Shown here: positions 35,938 to 44,167 of the stretch, in pieces
How the letters are laid out: every line of letters begins with the position of its first letter
How positions within the stretch are numbered: position 1 is the first letter of the stretch
Translations under genes and position numbers: made by a program
Notes under the pieces: model-generated
Databases searched by the model: none
The model's input: only the letters and a program-made list of their open reading frames with translations
What the model was told of the DNA's origin: nothing
Source: Pseudomonadota bacterium
Lineage (GTDB): Bacteria > Desulfobacterota > Desulfobulbia > Desulfobulbales > JAGXFP01
Length of the DNA: 64,000 nucleotides
Direction of reading: 5' to 3'
Assembly: GCA_018814305.1 (NCBI GenBank)
Contig: JAHJAA010000079.1
Span: 10,130 to 74,129 of the forward strand

Positions 35938-37985
35938 AATTGAGACTTTTCCTGCTTTCAGCTGCGGTCTTCCTCTACCCTCTTGGGGCAACGGTTTGTT
36001 TTGCCGACTACCAGGATTTGACGGAACAGGTCTCCACGGAGGCCAGTGTCTGGATTGGCGGGTATGGGGTGAACTCAGACGCCACCAACACCTCCAGTCG
36101 AGCCGAGAATGATGTGTTACCCGAGGCTTCAGGGCGTGCGGCTTCACCCAAGGCCGGGGAGTATTATTCTCCTGACAGTTCTCCCAGCGGCGGGTTTTTC
36201 TTTGCGACCACCCCTCTGCCCAATCGGTATCATTTTGAATTCGATTACTACAACCAGGATGAATGGTATGGTGACTTTCGCTATGCCTTCAAGGATATTC
36301 TCCAGATCCGGTTGCTGCCTCGACGATTCTATCATCAACTTGATAATTTAACTGTTTTTGATTTTGCCCCAACGTCTTCAAGCACAGCGGAAGTGGATAA
36401 TCGCAATCCCGGTGCTGAATATGGTTTGCAGTTCGATCTTGACCTTTTACGGATGCGCTTGAAGACTCCGAATTATCCATTCCATGTATACGGTGAGGCG
36501 GAACTGGTTAAACGGACTGGGACCCAGCAGCTTCGATTTTTAGGAGGTTCAGGCAATTTTTATGGCGGAACTCAAGGGGGAAGGGTCCGGGTGACTGAAT
36601 CGCGCTCCATCGACCAGGAGAACAAGGTTTTTACCATTGGAACCAGTACCCACATTGGCCTCATCGAGGTCGATCTCTCTCATAAGAATCGTAATTTCGA
36701 GAATTCAGTAGCCGATCCGACCTATGCTTATCAGACCGATTTTATCGGCGGGACAACGGCTTCGGTTCATAATGTAATCCCCAATCTGAAGGCCACCACC
36801 AACACGGTGAAAATTCATACGGCCCACTCGGGAAAAGTTTTTGCCTCTGCCACGTATTCCATGATCGACAAAACCAATGAAACCAGCGGGGCCAAGGCGG
36901 AAAACACCATGGGATACGGGGAGGTATTCTGGCTTCCCGCCCCCTACTTGTCCTTCGCTGTTAAGTATCGTCATCAGGAAAATGAGGCATCAGCCCCGTC
37001 CACGGTCAGTGGATATGATCAGACTGGTGTCCTGAAGGATTATGCCGTCAATCCCGGAGTGATTTCCAAGACCGATAAGTCATCGTTGCATGTGCGATAT
37101 TCTTTGATCCCCAAAACCAATGTAAGTCTTAACTATTTCAAAGAGATTAAAGAGGTGGAGAATCTTTCGGCTATTATCTGGAGCCGGCCGACCAAGACCA
37201 ATAAGGACGACTATGAAATTTCTCTCACCAACTGGGCTATTCCACGGGTAAGGGTTACTGCCAAGGTTCGTCATACCGATGTGAACCAGGAGTTAGTATT
37301 TGCCGAGGCGGTGAATAATCTGCCCGATCAGACCGATGAAGGTCGCCTGGATTTGACCTGGCTGATTACTCCTAAAATTACGTCGTTTTTGAGTGCTGAT
37401 GTGGTCCGAGAGAATACTGATAACAATCTTGTTTCGGACGGTATTACCGAGGCCAATCAGGGCAAGTCGCTCCGTCAAATGTATCTGGCCAGTGTCTCCT
37501 TTATGGTGAATAGAAAACTGTCGCTAACTCCAACATATACGTTCTTATCATATAAGCAGGACCGTTTCATGGCTTGGGAAGATCATGGAAATACTGCAGT
37601 GATTGACCAAGGTTATAAAAACGAACAGACTGCCCATAATTTTTCAATCAACATGCTATATGCTCCGGTGAAACGTCTGGATATAAACACCACGTTCGAA
37701 TACACGGTAACCGACGGGACTGATGAGCCATCCTGGTTCCTGACCATGACTGATGGGTCTACGGATGGGGTGAATGTCAACATGACTGAGGTTGCTCGCT
37801 TTTCCGAGGCCACTACCACCGAAATGGTTTTGCGGCTGGATACTGCTCTTGATCTCGGGCGTGGTTGGGGACTTGGGCTCAATCTTCGTTATACTGATTG
37901 GAGTAACGATTCTTATGATAATCCCTCCGACGGGACTTTCGTCGGAGGTTTGGTGAAGATCACTAAATCGTTTATTCATAAATGA
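35934..37985 (+). CDS. outer-membrane beta-barrel protein, MtrB/PioB-like porin partner of the decahaem cytochrome
   Basis: 684 aa from ATG 35934, which forms an ATGA overlap with the cytochrome stop. Signal peptide MKLRLFLLSAAVFLYPLGATVCFA. Gly/Tyr/Thr/Asn-rich alternating-strand composition and a size matching MtrB/PioB. The call rests on context and composition, not a search. Confidence 0.7.
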   Translation: MKLRLFLLSAAVFLYPLGATVCFADYQDLTEQVSTEASVWIGGYGVNSDATNTSSRAENDVLPEASGRAASPKAGEYYSPDSSPSGGFFFATTPLPNRYHFEFDYYNQDEWYGDFRYAFKDILQIRLLPRRFYHQLDNLTVFDFAPTSSSTAEVDNRNPGAEYGLQFDLDLLRMRLKTPNYPFHVYGEAELVKRTGTQQLRFLGGSGNFYGGTQGGRVRVTESRSIDQENKVFTIGTSTHIGLIEVDLSHKNRNFENSVADPTYAYQTDFIGGTTASVHNVIPNLKATTNTVKIHTAHSGKVFASATYSMIDKTNETSGAKAENTMGYGEVFWLPAPYLSFAVKYRHQENEASAPSTVSGYDQTGVLKDYAVNPGVISKTDKSSLHVRYSLIPKTNVSLNYFKEIKEVENLSAIIWSRPTKTNKDDYEISLTNWAIPRVRVTAKVRHTDVNQELVFAEAVNNLPDQTDEGRLDLTWLITPKITSFLSADVVRENTDNNLVSDGITEANQGKSLRQMYLASVSFMVNRKLSLTPTYTFLSYKQDRFMAWEDHGNTAVIDQGYKNEQTAHNFSINMLYAPVKRLDINTTFEYTVTDGTDEPSWFLTMTDGSTDGVNVNMTEVARFSEATTTEMVLRLDTALDLGRGWGLGLNLRYTDWSNDSYDNPSDGTFVGGLVKITKSFIHK

Positions 37986-38908
37986 ACTTCACCAGAGCCA
38001 AGGCTATGAAATATAGAATCCTTGTTGCCTTTTTGATTTTTTACGGACTTTTTCCGCAATCGTCATTGGCAGAAATCGTCGGGGCCTTGATGCCTCCCAA
38101 GGTCCCATATTATATGTTGATTCAGGACTCACTTGAGAAAGAACTCAAGTCCTTATCCTTTGGGGATCGGGTCATCCTGCAGCGACCTGCTCCCAATGAA
38201 ATGGCCTGGAAAAATGCCACCAGAAAATTGGTCACTCTCGGGGCCAGGGTTATTGTGGCTTACGGCTCAGAGACCGCAATCGCGATCCGGAGTGAGAATT
38301 CCCAGGTGCCGGTGGTCTTTTGTGGCGCGTACGACCCGGTAGAATGCGGGGTTTCTGGTAATGTTACTGGAATGGATGCCACCCTTCCGCTTCAGGGGCT
38401 CGTCGATAATTTGAAGAAAATTTCAAATTTCAATAGTCTTGGGGTCATGTATTCAGCGAATGAGATTGAGTCGGTTCGTCAACTTGAAGCGGTGGAAGGA
38501 TTGGTTGCGAAAAAGGGGGGGAGCGTTAAAAGAATCGATATGTCAGACTCTGATTCGTATGACCTGTCTGGTATCGAGGCCTTATTGATAACTTCCGCGG
38601 CAAAAATAAACTCCCAGGAGTATATTGAAAAGATAGTTTCCAGTGCCCGTTCTGGAAAAGTAGCCACGGCCTCGGTGTTCAGTGGAACCTGTGAACTTGG
38701 AGTTCTCATTTCCATGGCCGCAGATCCGGATATACAGGGGAAGGGGGCGGCTAAAATGGTTGTTCAAATAATGAAAGGAACAAATCCCGCTGATATCCCA
38801 GCGGATACCAAGCCGAAGATGGAAATGACCATAAATTTAAAGGAAGCAAAAAATCTTGGAATGAGCATTCCCTTTGAACTTTTAGGAACCGCAAAAATGG
38901 TTCGTTAA
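37982..38908 (+). CDS. periplasmic PF04392-type (ABC_sub_bind) substrate-binding-fold protein; no cognate ABC permease/ATPase nearby
   Basis: 308 aa with a signal peptide. IVAYGSETAIA...VPVVFCGAYDPV..GNVTG..., ...ISMAADPDIQGKGAAKMVVQIMKGTNPADIP... and ...MTINLKEAKNLGMSIP all follow the family consensus closely. ATGA overlap with the porin stop. Confidence 0.8.
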   Translation: MNFTRAKAMKYRILVAFLIFYGLFPQSSLAEIVGALMPPKVPYYMLIQDSLEKELKSLSFGDRVILQRPAPNEMAWKNATRKLVTLGARVIVAYGSETAIAIRSENSQVPVVFCGAYDPVECGVSGNVTGMDATLPLQGLVDNLKKISNFNSLGVMYSANEIESVRQLEAVEGLVAKKGGSVKRIDMSDSDSYDLSGIEALLITSAAKINSQEYIEKIVSSARSGKVATASVFSGTCELGVLISMAADPDIQGKGAAKMVVQIMKGTNPADIPADTKPKMEMTINLKEAKNLGMSIPFELLGTAKMVR

Positions 38909-38964
38909 TATATGTGTTTTTACTCCAATGATCTTGCTTGAGATTTGGGGGATGTGAATAAAGG

Positions 38965-39001
38965 AACCGGGACCTCTTCTTTAAGAGGCCCCGGTTTTTT
39001 T
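38965..39001. terminator. bidirectional rho-independent terminator between convergent genes
   Basis: Stem ACCGGGACCTCTT / AAGAGGCCCCGGT with one mismatch, followed by a T-run. Confidence 0.6.
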
Positions 39002-39374
39002 ATTCGCTATAGGCATTAAAGGAGTTATCTGGTGGTGGGCGGATGGATGATTTTGGTTGAGTATCTCTGACCAGATAGGCAATTGAATGACCGCGATCAA
39101 CTTGGTAAAAACCAAATTGTTGATAAAACTTGATGAGCCTTTGTAACCGCTCCTCACTTACATTGCCGATAGGCCTCGCTGAGACATGTACTTTTTTGGC
39201 AAGCCCATCGGCAAGGGTGAGTATGTGCCTGATCATTTGAGATCCGACACCTTTACTTCGATGAGCGGCAGGGACCATTACCGTATCAATGGAAAAGGCT
39301 TCTTTGCTTTCAGAGAATTTAATTTGGGCATAATCATCACCAAGATACCATTTGATTTCACCAACGATATTCAT
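39000..39374 (-). CDS. GNAT-family N-acetyltransferase
   Basis: 124 aa. ...VMVPAAHRSKGVGSQMIRHIL... is the acetyl-CoA-binding Q/RxxGxG-type motif, followed by FYQQFGF. Confidence 0.75.
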   Translation of the reverse strand: MNIVGEIKWYLGDDYAQIKFSESKEAFSIDTVMVPAAHRSKGVGSQMIRHILTLADGLAKKVHVSARPIGNVSEERLQRLIKFYQQFGFYQVDRGHSIAYLVRDTQPKSSIRPPPDNSFNAYSE

Positions 39375-39717
39375 TTTTCAAAACCATTTTGGCTTTATCT
39401 GAGCAAGGATGGCAAAAACATGAAAGTCCCAGGGGGGAGGCCCCTGGCATGCTGGAGACGTTGGGGGTATTACTGGAAGGATGATCTGATCCAGTTGTCC
39501 GGGGTTTAGGTGATTTATTAGCCAAGGGGTGATGAACATTGCCAGTATAGTATCTGTGTTTGATTTTGTTGGGTTTTGATTATTTTTTTGGAAGAGTTTA
39601 GACTGCGGGAAAAGTCCAGGGCAGCATGAGAATCAAATTATTTTCTAACTCGAGAATCCATGCGTGGGAACGAACAAAGAGGAGGGGCCAAAAAGCCCCC
39701 TCCTCTTTGTCGATTGA

Positions 39718-40143
39718 TCAGGTCAATGAAGCCATAATCTGTGGAATGAGCTTTTCAAGTTCAAGTTTGGCTAAAGCCTGATTTCCCATGGAAGAAAGGA
39801 TGGCGATCAAATGGAAATGAATCGGTGCATTTACCCCGGAACATCTCATGATGATAATCCCCTTTGGCGTTTTAATCGATAGTTCCAGGCAGGATTCCAG
39901 GCCGATTTTTTCAGATGCTTCATGGGCCGTCCTGAAAATATTATTGAAAGTGGTCCCGACCCTGTAAAGGTCAATGTTGGGGTCATTTGATTCTCCGGCA
40001 AGGATTTCTCCCGAATGGGTCATTATGCCAGCGGCCTTAAAACCATTCGTTTTGCCAAGTTGAGATAGATAACTCTCAAGAATCTCTTCTTCCTCTTCAA
40101 TGTGCTCGTAGGTATCTTTCTTCTCCGCCCTTTTCTTTCCCAT
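39718..40143 (-). CDS. Roadblock/LC7 (MglB-like) domain protein
   Basis: 141 aa. The pattern NGFKAAGIMTHSGEIL...GIIIMRCSG...HLIAILSSMGNQALAKLELEKL fits the Roadblock/LC7 alpha-beta-alpha layout. It is about 60% identical by eye to the C-terminus of the next gene. Confidence 0.55.
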   Translation of the reverse strand: MGKKRAEKKDTYEHIEEEEEILESYLSQLGKTNGFKAAGIMTHSGEILAGESNDPNIDLYRVGTTFNNIFRTAHEASEKIGLESCLELSIKTPKGIIIMRCSGVNAPIHFHLIAILSSMGNQALAKLELEKLIPQIMASLT

Positions 40144-40167
40144 TATCCTGTGCCTCCTGGCAAAAAG

Positions 40168-40962
40168 TTATGCCAGTTCCTCCATGACCGCCGGGATCAA
40201 TTTTTCCATTTCCATCTTGGCCAGGGCTTGATTCCCGTCGGCTGCCATGATCATGATCATATGATAATGGACCTTTGCCTTGACCCCTGAACAGCGCATG
40301 ATAATGATTCCCAGAGGTGTTTTAATGACTGCTTCCTGACAGGCTTCGAGGCCGATTTTTTCAGAGGCTTCGTGGGCTGAACGGAAAATGTCGTTAAAGG
40401 TGGCGCCGACCATGTCAAGTTGGATGTTGGCATCAACCGTATCCATGACGAGAATTTCACCCGTGAAGTTCATAATTGCCGCTGCCTTGAAGCCGTTTAC
40501 TTTTTTAAGTCTTGCCAAATGATCTTCTAAAGCCATGGTGCGTACCTCCTGATTGATAGTTGTCGTTGATAGTGAGGAATCGTCCGGTGCTAGAAGGGAT
40601 GATTCTTCCCCCTTTGAATGAGTTATGTCGGATGTTGAATCTGTCACAGGGAGATTCTGGTCTCCAAATTGGGTGGAATCGGGCAAATCCTTTTGGGTTT
40701 CGCTTGATGGTTCCGCTTCCGCTAAAACAGAGTTCGCTTGGATGCGTTCTGACTCTGACGGGAGAATTGATGACAGGGGTTTATTGACTCTTTTCTTGAT
40801 TTTTTGTTTTGGAGGGGGGCGGAAGCTGAGGGAGATTGGCTCCCATTGGATCAACTCCAATATGGCTTCTTCGCCTTTGGCCTGATTGCATAAGGCATCA
40901 ACAAGGTTGCCCTCTATAAAAAGACACAGGCATTTTTGATTAGCTTCACCCTCTGCTTCCAA
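40168..40962 (-). CDS. C-terminal portion of an interrupted gene: second half of a DUF4388/PATAN domain - Ser/Pro-rich linker - Roadblock/LC7 domain
   Basis: The tracked ORF begins at TTG immediately after an in-frame TAA. LCLFIEGNLVDALCNQAKGEEAILELIQWEPISLSF matches the second half of DUF4388. The C-terminus is a paralogue of gene 39718-40143. Confidence 0.6.
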   Translation of the reverse strand: MEAEGEANQKCLCLFIEGNLVDALCNQAKGEEAILELIQWEPISLSFRPPPKQKIKKRVNKPLSSILPSESERIQANSVLAEAEPSSETQKDLPDSTQFGDQNLPVTDSTSDITHSKGEESSLLAPDDSSLSTTTINQEVRTMALEDHLARLKKVNGFKAAAIMNFTGEILVMDTVDANIQLDMVGATFNDIFRSAHEASEKIGLEACQEAVIKTPLGIIIMRCSGVKAKVHYHMIMIMAADGNQALAKMEMEKLIPAVMEELA

Positions 40963-41520
40963 TTAAGTTGTTTGCCCCTCCTGCTCAATGAGAAGGAGGA
41001 GTTCCGCAAATGATAATGGGGAACTAGCTGGTTGAGGGTGGTCAAGAAATTCGGAATGCATTGCTTGGTGGATTTTTTCAGATTCCTGATGTCGAGATAG
41101 AACCGTTACGTTTTTCCCGTTATAGGAAGTATCGTGGGATCCAAGCATAAAGATCTCAAGGTGGGGGTGTTCCCGGGGGATCTGGTGTAACAGATGGAAA
41201 CCACCCATATTCGGCAGGCTGAGATCAATGAGTATTCGGGCAATTTTCGTATTCCCTGCAAGAATCGGCAAGGCTTGTTCTGCCGACTCGCAATAAATTG
41301 AATTCTTTTCGAAGGAAGAATCGCTTTTGGGGAGGAGAAGGTCTTTTGCCGTTGATACAATAAGGATTGATTTCTCCAAAGATTGAAAGTCGGTCCGGGG
41401 GGGACCGCTTTTGGGGGCACGCGGATCCACTCGGTTGAAGGATGGGAATGAATCATTCTCTGAGTGATCCACCAGACTGTTTAACAGGGTATGCAGGTTT
41501 TCTTCAGATTGTAAATCCAT
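40963..41520 (-). CDS. N-terminal portion of the same interrupted gene: degenerate receiver (REC-like) domain plus the first strand of a DUF4388/PATAN domain
   Basis: 185 aa. The REC-like core is ILIVSTAKDLL...ARILIDLSLPNMGGFHLLHQI...EIFMLG; the acidic pocket is degenerate. It ends LSFAELLLLIEQEGQTT-TAA, which is the opening of DUF4388. Confidence 0.6.
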   Translation of the reverse strand: MDLQSEENLHTLLNSLVDHSENDSFPSFNRVDPRAPKSGPPRTDFQSLEKSILIVSTAKDLLLPKSDSSFEKNSIYCESAEQALPILAGNTKIARILIDLSLPNMGGFHLLHQIPREHPHLEIFMLGSHDTSYNGKNVTVLSRHQESEKIHQAMHSEFLDHPQPASSPLSFAELLLLIEQEGQTT

Positions 41521-42047
41521 ATAGCGTACCGCCTAAATATTAAAGGATTACTGAAATGCAATTAGGTTTTTCTTGTTAGGGGAGGAGAGGATTCGACGTA
41601 TCTGAAATTTGATGATTTCCCCGTGACCATAAGACAATCGATCTTGGCTTGAGCCTGATGAAAAGTATGCCCTTGTCTCCCCCCCTATGGAAAACCATAA
41701 AAACAATTTTTAATTTAACATGATGTGGAAGTAGGACTCAATAGGAAAATTTACTATTGTAATAATATTATTGCAGAAACGTAGTGGTTTTTCGGTGGTG
41801 TGATATTCGGTGATTCTGTTATTCTGTAAATTTTAATTTATAACTCTGCCGCATGATAATGAAATATATGTATCATTAGTTGTTTTTCTCCTTTATTAGT
41901 CCGTTCTAACCTAAAGATTGCAGCGATAGATCTCGTAAGTCTCGAAAATGTCATTCCTTTAATATCTCACCTTACAACTGCATTGCCTCGGATTGATTCA
42001 AAAGATACATTTTTAGAGGTAATCTGTGCGCTTCATTAATTTGTTTT

Positions 42048-42063
42048 TGGCACCGCTGCTGCT
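42048..42063 (+). promoter_or_regulatory. candidate sigma-54 promoter (TGGCACCGCTGCTGCT), about 190 bp upstream of mraZ
   Basis: TGGCAC at 42048-42053 and TGC at 42060-62, with canonical GG/GC spacing, oriented toward mraZ. About 0.5 such matches are expected by chance per window. Confidence 0.25.
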
Positions 42064-42183
42064 TTCTCATGATCCCCTCTGCACTTTTTTATTTTAATGG
42101 ATAGGTTGGTTTTGGTCTTTTGAATGAAACGAAAAGTCGACAGGTGAATTTTTTTATTGCAAGCGGGCTTTTTTTTCTCTATG

Positions 42184-42218
42184 GTGGTTGGAAGTGGAGT
42201 GAATGGGTCTCGTGTTGG
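42184..42218 (+). promoter_or_regulatory. candidate MraZ operator: four TGG-core direct repeats with roughly helical spacing
   Basis: The stretch reads GTGGT tggaa GTGGA gtgaa TGGGT ctcgtg TTGGA. TGG cores start at 42185, 42195, 42204 and 42216, which is 35-70 nt upstream of the mraZ GTG. It resembles the E. coli TGGGN-N5 repeat operator. Confidence 0.3.
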
Positions 42219-42252
42219 ATCGTATTCCCATAAAGGTGGCAGGAGATATCTG

Positions 42253-42720
42253 GTGGATGGATGTATTTTTATAGGGACCCACAGCGGGGTGTTGGACGAA
42301 AAGTCTCGTCTGGTTATGCCTGCCGGGTTTCGGAAAGATAATTCCGACGATATCCTCAGTGGTGATTTTTATATTACTCCCCATCGGACTGGGTTTGTTC
42401 AGGTCCGCCCGGCCATGGTCTGGGAGCGTTACAAACAGTCAATTCAATCAGCAGAAGAGTTTGACGGCACCCAAAAGAGAAAATTTATCCGGCTTTTGAG
42501 CAATAATACGGCGAAGGGAAAACTCGATAGCCAGTATCGTATTGTCCTGACCCAGGGACTGCGACGGAAGATACACTTCGTATCCGATGACCCACGGCAG
42601 AAAGTTTTTATTGTGGGATGTGGCGATTCCTTTGAAATATGGCCTGAACATCTCTATCGCGGAGAAGAAGATTCGACGGGAGAGATGTCAGGATTTATTG
42701 ATACATTCGAAGGGCGCTAA
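42253..42720 (+). CDS. mraZ: MraZ-family transcriptional regulator (two SpoVT/AbrB-like half-domains)
   Basis: GTG 42253 lies 6 nt after AGGAGA (42241-42246). FIGTHSGVLDEKSRLVMPAGFR is the first half-domain, and GKLDSQYRIVLTQGLRRKIHF...KVFIVGCGDSFEIWPEH is the second. 155 aa is a typical size. Confidence 0.8.
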   Translation: MDGCIFIGTHSGVLDEKSRLVMPAGFRKDNSDDILSGDFYITPHRTGFVQVRPAMVWERYKQSIQSAEEFDGTQKRKFIRLLSNNTAKGKLDSQYRIVLTQGLRRKIHFVSDDPRQKVFIVGCGDSFEIWPEHLYRGEEDSTGEMSGFIDTFEGR

Positions 42721-42877
42721 TGATGATAACGAAGGGGATCTCTTGGCAAAGGTCGGCAATGAACTGTTGCCGGAGCCAGGAAGATGGGTGGCGGTATTCA
42801 GCGGACTTTAAATATGAACTTCTCAAGCTTGAATTTAATTCTATAATTCCACTATTCCTCTATGGGGACTGGTCGCC

Positions 42878-44143
42878 ATGTTAACCCGACATTGGATAAT
42901 TTCTTCACTTGATATTGGCTCCAGCACAACGAATGCGATAATTCTCGAGGTTGATCGGCAGGATAATTTTGTGTTGGTTGGTCATGGTCAGTGCCAAACC
43001 CAAGGTCTTGTTCATGACATGGTCCAGGATATTGGGGCATTGAGTCGAGTTATCGGTGAGAGTGTCTCCCAAGCCGAGGAGATGGCTGGGGTCAGTGCTT
43101 CGGGAGTGAATATAAGCATCGGTGGTGAACATGTTCGGGTCTTAAATTGCCGGGGTGGGATTCCTTTACCGAAGGCGAGGACCAAACATCGGCAGCACAT
43201 TGTCGATAATCGGGATATCAAAAAGGCCATAGAAAATGCGGGGTCCGTTCCTGTCCCTCCTGGTTTAAGGGTCCTGCACGTTCTGCCGCTTAACTTTTTG
43301 ATTGATGGAAGGAAAGTTGAAAGTCCTTTGGGATTGAACGGAGTCCGGTTGGATGTGGATGTCATGATTATCGGGGCAAAGCAATCGGTATTGAACGCTA
43401 TCGCCCAGGCAGCGGAACAAGCCGATGTTCGAGTGCGAAATTTTTGTTACCGACCGTTGGCTACCTCGCGAGCCGTTCTCACTCCTGATGAGCGACTTGA
43501 GGGGGCTTGTGTGATCGATATCGGTGGCGGTCATACAGATGTCGCCATCTTCCAAAACGGGGTGATGCGTCATGCTTCAACCCTGACGCTCGGTTCTGAC
43601 AGTATTACTTCTGATACTGTCGCCATGTTGGAGATTCCGGGCGGTGAGGCTGAAAAAATAAAACGCGAGTATGGGCATTGCTGCGCATCATTGGTTGATG
43701 AGCATGAGTTTCAGGTGTCCGGACATGGCAAGAATGGATGTTTGTGGCGAACTTTTCGACGATCTGAATTGGTTGATTCAATCATCCAACCCCGGGCGGA
43801 AGAAATTCTTGAAGAGGCTTTGGCCGTTATCAATGGCTTCGAAGAGAATGGAATCCTCCCCACTTCAGCTGTGTTAACGGGGGGAGGAGCGATGTTGAAT
43901 GGGATACAGAATTTGGCCGCTACTATTTTTCCCTTCCCGATAAAAAAATCAGCTGGTTTATCAATAGGAATGGAAGCCGGGGAGGCAATGATCTGGCCCG
44001 ATACTTCGGCTTGTTTCGCCACTGCCATGGGTTTGGCCTTGCTGGATATGGAGCAAAGGCGAATGCAACGTCAAGAGTTAAAAGACCATGTGGTTGGGCG
44101 TCTGTATCAAAAAGTCATTCGCGGTCTGCATGAAATCATGTAG
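42878..44143 (+). CDS. ftsA: cell division protein FtsA (actin-like ATPase)
   Basis: 421 aa. SSLDIGSSTTNAIILEV, VIDIGGGHTDVAIF, LTGGGAML and a C-terminal amphipathic tail. Confidence 0.85.
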   Translation: MLTRHWIISSLDIGSSTTNAIILEVDRQDNFVLVGHGQCQTQGLVHDMVQDIGALSRVIGESVSQAEEMAGVSASGVNISIGGEHVRVLNCRGGIPLPKARTKHRQHIVDNRDIKKAIENAGSVPVPPGLRVLHVLPLNFLIDGRKVESPLGLNGVRLDVDVMIIGAKQSVLNAIAQAAEQADVRVRNFCYRPLATSRAVLTPDERLEGACVIDIGGGHTDVAIFQNGVMRHASTLTLGSDSITSDTVAMLEIPGGEAEKIKREYGHCCASLVDEHEFQVSGHGKNGCLWRTFRRSELVDSIIQPRAEEILEEALAVINGFEENGILPTSAVLTGGGAMLNGIQNLAATIFPFPIKKSAGLSIGMEAGEAMIWPDTSACFATAMGLALLDMEQRRMQRQELKDHVVGRLYQKVIRGLHEIM

Positions 44144-44167
44144 GAAAATGTGAAAGGGAGGTGCCAT

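Noticed and set aside
42157-42252. Upstream start of the mraZ ORF (187-aa version)
   Set aside because: GTG 42253 has an AGGAGA RBS and gives the typical ~155-aa MraZ. The extension contains the candidate operator repeats.
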